This document shows positions 60,991 through 64,000 of a stretch of DNA of 64,000 nt, in pieces (the stretch's first letter is position 1; each line of letters opens with the position of its first letter). The stretch covers positions 124,001 to 188,000 of the forward strand of contig MU053594.1 in NCBI GenBank assembly GCA_013239625.1, in the 5' to 3' direction. The position numbers were made by a program, and so were the translations under genes. Source of the stretch: Lama guanicoe. Taxonomy: Eukaryota. The notes beneath the pieces are model-generated. The model saw nothing but the letters and a program-made list of their open reading frames with translations, was not told the DNA's origin and did no database searches.

Positions 60991-63900
60991 CGCGGCTGGG
61001 TTCGCTGTACCAGATAAGACTGTCTTTCTCAGGGGCACAGAGACGTGCACATATCTCTACGTGTACTCCTGCCCCTTCCCAAGCCCAGCTGGTTAAGACA
61101 CAACTGTGCTTTCAAACAGCCATCAAGTGGGGGACTGGGCTATGAGGGTTGGTATGAAGGGGGAAAATCAGGGCTCCAAGGAACCAAGATCAGAGAAGAA
61201 GACACAGCAGAGACACGAGGAATGCTCATGGTACAGTAGTAAAAGGAAGGAGAAAGAGCTAGATTTCTTTTAGAAACCAGAAAAGAGAAGATGGTGAAAT
61301 CATTAACCCTCAGGCCAGTGTACACAGGCTTCTTCTCATAAAATGTCCAAAAGAAACCCGGCTCAGCATTAGGGTTTTCTTCCTTTTTCATTTTCCTACG
61401 TCATCCAACATCATGATTTTTTTTAAGCCAGCAACAGGAGTAAGGATCCTGTGACCTCAAAGGAGGGTAAATAAAGCTATGAATGGAGCCCAGGCAGAAG
61501 GAATGAGCTGCCTTCTCTTCACAGAAGGGACAGAACACTTCAGAAAGGAGCGACCGCCCCATCACTGCTGAGAGCACTCGCCCGGGGGAAAGTGGAGGCA
61601 GACACACCACTGAGACCAGCATTTCCCTCCTAACAACCCTCGGCTGTTAAAGGTTAATACGGACTGGAGGGGAGGGGCATGGGGGAGGGGGAGAGGAAGG
61701 GGAGAGAACAACATTATGCAATATTAGACTGCTACTTTTATTTTAAAAGCCATCATGTGTAAAGCATTAGTGTTTTTGAAATTGCATTCTAGAGTTAATT
61801 AAATGGACAATCTTTTATACATAAAAGTGAAAGAAAGCAATTAAAAGCTAAATGAAGAAAAACCGCCTTCCCCTGGTGATCTGGGCTACCCCAATCCTTC
61901 TGTATCAACACGGAGCAAAGACAGGGATCTCCCCAGCACCACTGTCCAAATGTCTCTTTTATGGCCCCCTCGGTGACAGTTGGAGAAGTATTTGTCTTCC
62001 TTTTAAGTTTACCTATGAGACTGTCAGGGTAAGAGAAGAGCAGTGAGGGGGGGAAGCTGTCATCTAAGCACAGCTAAGAAAGCCAGAGAGAGGCCAGACC
62101 ACTCTGCCTGGAAGGAAGCCTGAGAAGACACCCCGCCTCTCTTTTGTCACCTCCACCAAAAAATAGCCACACCCAGTACTTCACCCAAGAGAATTAATTC
62201 AGAGTTTGGGACTGTCTGGCCCGCCTCCGCTTGCAGGTAAGAATCCAAGAAGTATATTCAGATCACAAAAGAAACTAAGGTTAGTTATCAGATTAGGTCC
62301 ACCTCGCCAGGGCCAAACACCAGTGGGTCTCATTTTTTACAAACTGTGTCTTGCCCGAGTGGGTGGGTGTCTATGGGTAAACCTGCTAGCTCACCTGCCA
62401 AAACAGGTAGGGAAAAGGCAAATGCAGTTGCAGTGTGGTGACCAACCCTGATTTCAGGGGCAACGGTCACGGCAAAGTCCCTTTCTGACACCCAGATGGA
62501 CTTAATGCTGCCACTCAAAGCCGCTGAGATGACGCCGGTGCTGTCACGAGAATGTCTCAAACTTAAAAGGCACTACCTTTCTCTTTTGTGACAGCCAGAA
62601 GAAAAGCAATGCATGAGTCAATATCTGGACAACAGAACCGTTCCCAGCAGAAACTTGCTGCAGAAACTAAAAGGATGTTCTCTGTTTCGGAGGCCGGGTG
62701 GGCCAAATCCCACCATGAGCTGCTCCCAGAGCCCAGGTCACAAGATCTCCTACTTCTTGGCTCCCAGGGCATCCATCCCTTCACTGAATCTGACAGCCGT
62801 GCCCAGAAAGATTTTGGAAAATAGCTGCAAACTCGCACAAAACAGCGCTAATCCACTCTCCCGTCCCCGCTCACTCCCCCCCACCTCCGCTGATGCAGAG
62901 CCTCCTGGGGCCAGTGCTGACTGCTGGCTACTCCAGAGGGCTTTCGTTTCCTTTCCTGCTGTGGAAAAAGTGGGCTGTAGGAAGAAGAGGCAACAGAGAG
63001 ACGGTCAAGCTCAGAAACAGGGAGGAAGGCTTCAGTCTTAGGTGCTGGGGGTGAAGGCTGATGGGTTTCACCAGCTGTGTCCCTCCCCAGCTGGCAGGCC
63101 AGGTCTACGGGCTAGCACAGAGTAGTGCCCGCTTTGCTTTCTGCCCCTTTCCTGCTTCCCTTTGGCAAATGAGCTCAAACTGGGTACTCTGACCCAAATG
63201 CTGGTCTGAGAGGAAAGAAAGAGAACAAAAAAAAAAAAAAGAGAGAGAGAGAAGAAAAAAGCGAAGACACGGGTGTGGGTAACCCACAAATTCAATTATA
63301 TTCAGCCCTCACACAAGAAAGTATAGTTTGTTAAATTTCTCTTTGATTCCCCAGGCTCCAAACCCACACACTGGTGTCAGGGAGGGGTGTTAAATAAGCC
63401 ACCAAGATGAAGCGTCTTTGTGCTATCACCCCACAGGCACCCACAGCTCTCTTTGAGATTGAAAGCCCAGAGTCATTTGCTCCAGCCAACCCTCCCCCCG
63501 CCCCCCTGCCCCATTCTGCGGCTGAGTTCATCTCGGGCCCCAACTCGTGAAAGGAATTCAGGATGGGTTAAACGTTACCTGTATCTCCACCCCACATCTC
63601 CTAAACCATCTGATAAGCGCAAGAGAAAACATCCTGTGTACAGAGGTTGAGATGCTGACACAGGGTGGGGGAGCACCAACGACATGGGGGCCACGAGGAG
63701 TTAATCCCCTGACAGATAGGGGCCCACGCTTTGGAAAGTTCAGAGAAAGCAAAGACAAGAAAGATTCCACCAGCTGTTACATGTGGTTACCGAAACACAG
63801 ACGCAAGCAGAGACTTCTATGTCCCAAAGTTAAAAAAAAAAACAAGCACCTCAAAACCTCTCCAGTCCTAGCAGATGGTACACACTTTAAAAGAAAAAAA

Positions 63901-64000
63901 AAAAAAGGAAAGAAAGACACAAAAAAATAAGCAGAACATCCAGCCACCCCGCAGTGGTAGAGCAGACCCTGCTCACGCGCTCATCTCCGGGTTAAACTGT

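Larger units (their letters stand above)
12602..64000 (-). other. ZBTB16: ZBTB16 intron upstream of this exon (intron 2, partial)
   Basis: Ends at acceptor AG (12603-12602). No BTB-domain exon is present in the window, consistent with the known very large intron 2. Confidence 0.88.

Noticed and set aside
63950..63990. cagtggtagagc resembling a tRNA or tRNA-derived SINE A-box
   Set aside because: No B-box, cloverleaf or SINE body follows within the window.
1..64000. A novel multi-gene or prokaryote-style system (CRISPR array, operon, defence locus)
   Set aside because: The sequence is mammalian intronic DNA with one spliced exon and standard eutherian repeats. I saw no regularly spaced repeat-spacer array or gene cluster.

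Overview
Mammalian genomic DNA lying entirely inside ZBTB16 (PLZF), transcribed on the minus strand. The only coding sequence I can support is one 98-bp internal exon (12504-12601, C2H2 zinc finger 2, KLHSGMKTYGCELCGKRFLDSLRLRMHLLAHS), which matches ZBTB16 exon 3 as I recall the human gene structure. Positions 12602-64000 are the upstream intron (intron 2) and 1-12503 the downstream intron (intron 3). The rest is interspersed repeats (MIR, L2, L1, MLT1 solo LTRs, MER20, MER5-like, MER63-like), microsatellites and AT-rich, repeat-free blocks that look like conserved enhancers. The L1 3' tails and the apparent absence of Alu, B1, Can-SINE, Bov-tA or PRE-1 SINEs suggest a cetartiodactyl, most likely a camelid (inference). 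I found no evidence of a new multi-gene system. The best leads are: steroid-receptor palindromes around exon 3; a possible read-through/intronic polyadenylation isoform after zinc finger 2; Hox/Pbx/Meis-rich candidate enhancers; a three-level nested L2>L1>L1 insertion with target-site duplications; and a solo poly(A) insertion. Repeat names and boundaries were assigned by eye and are approximate.
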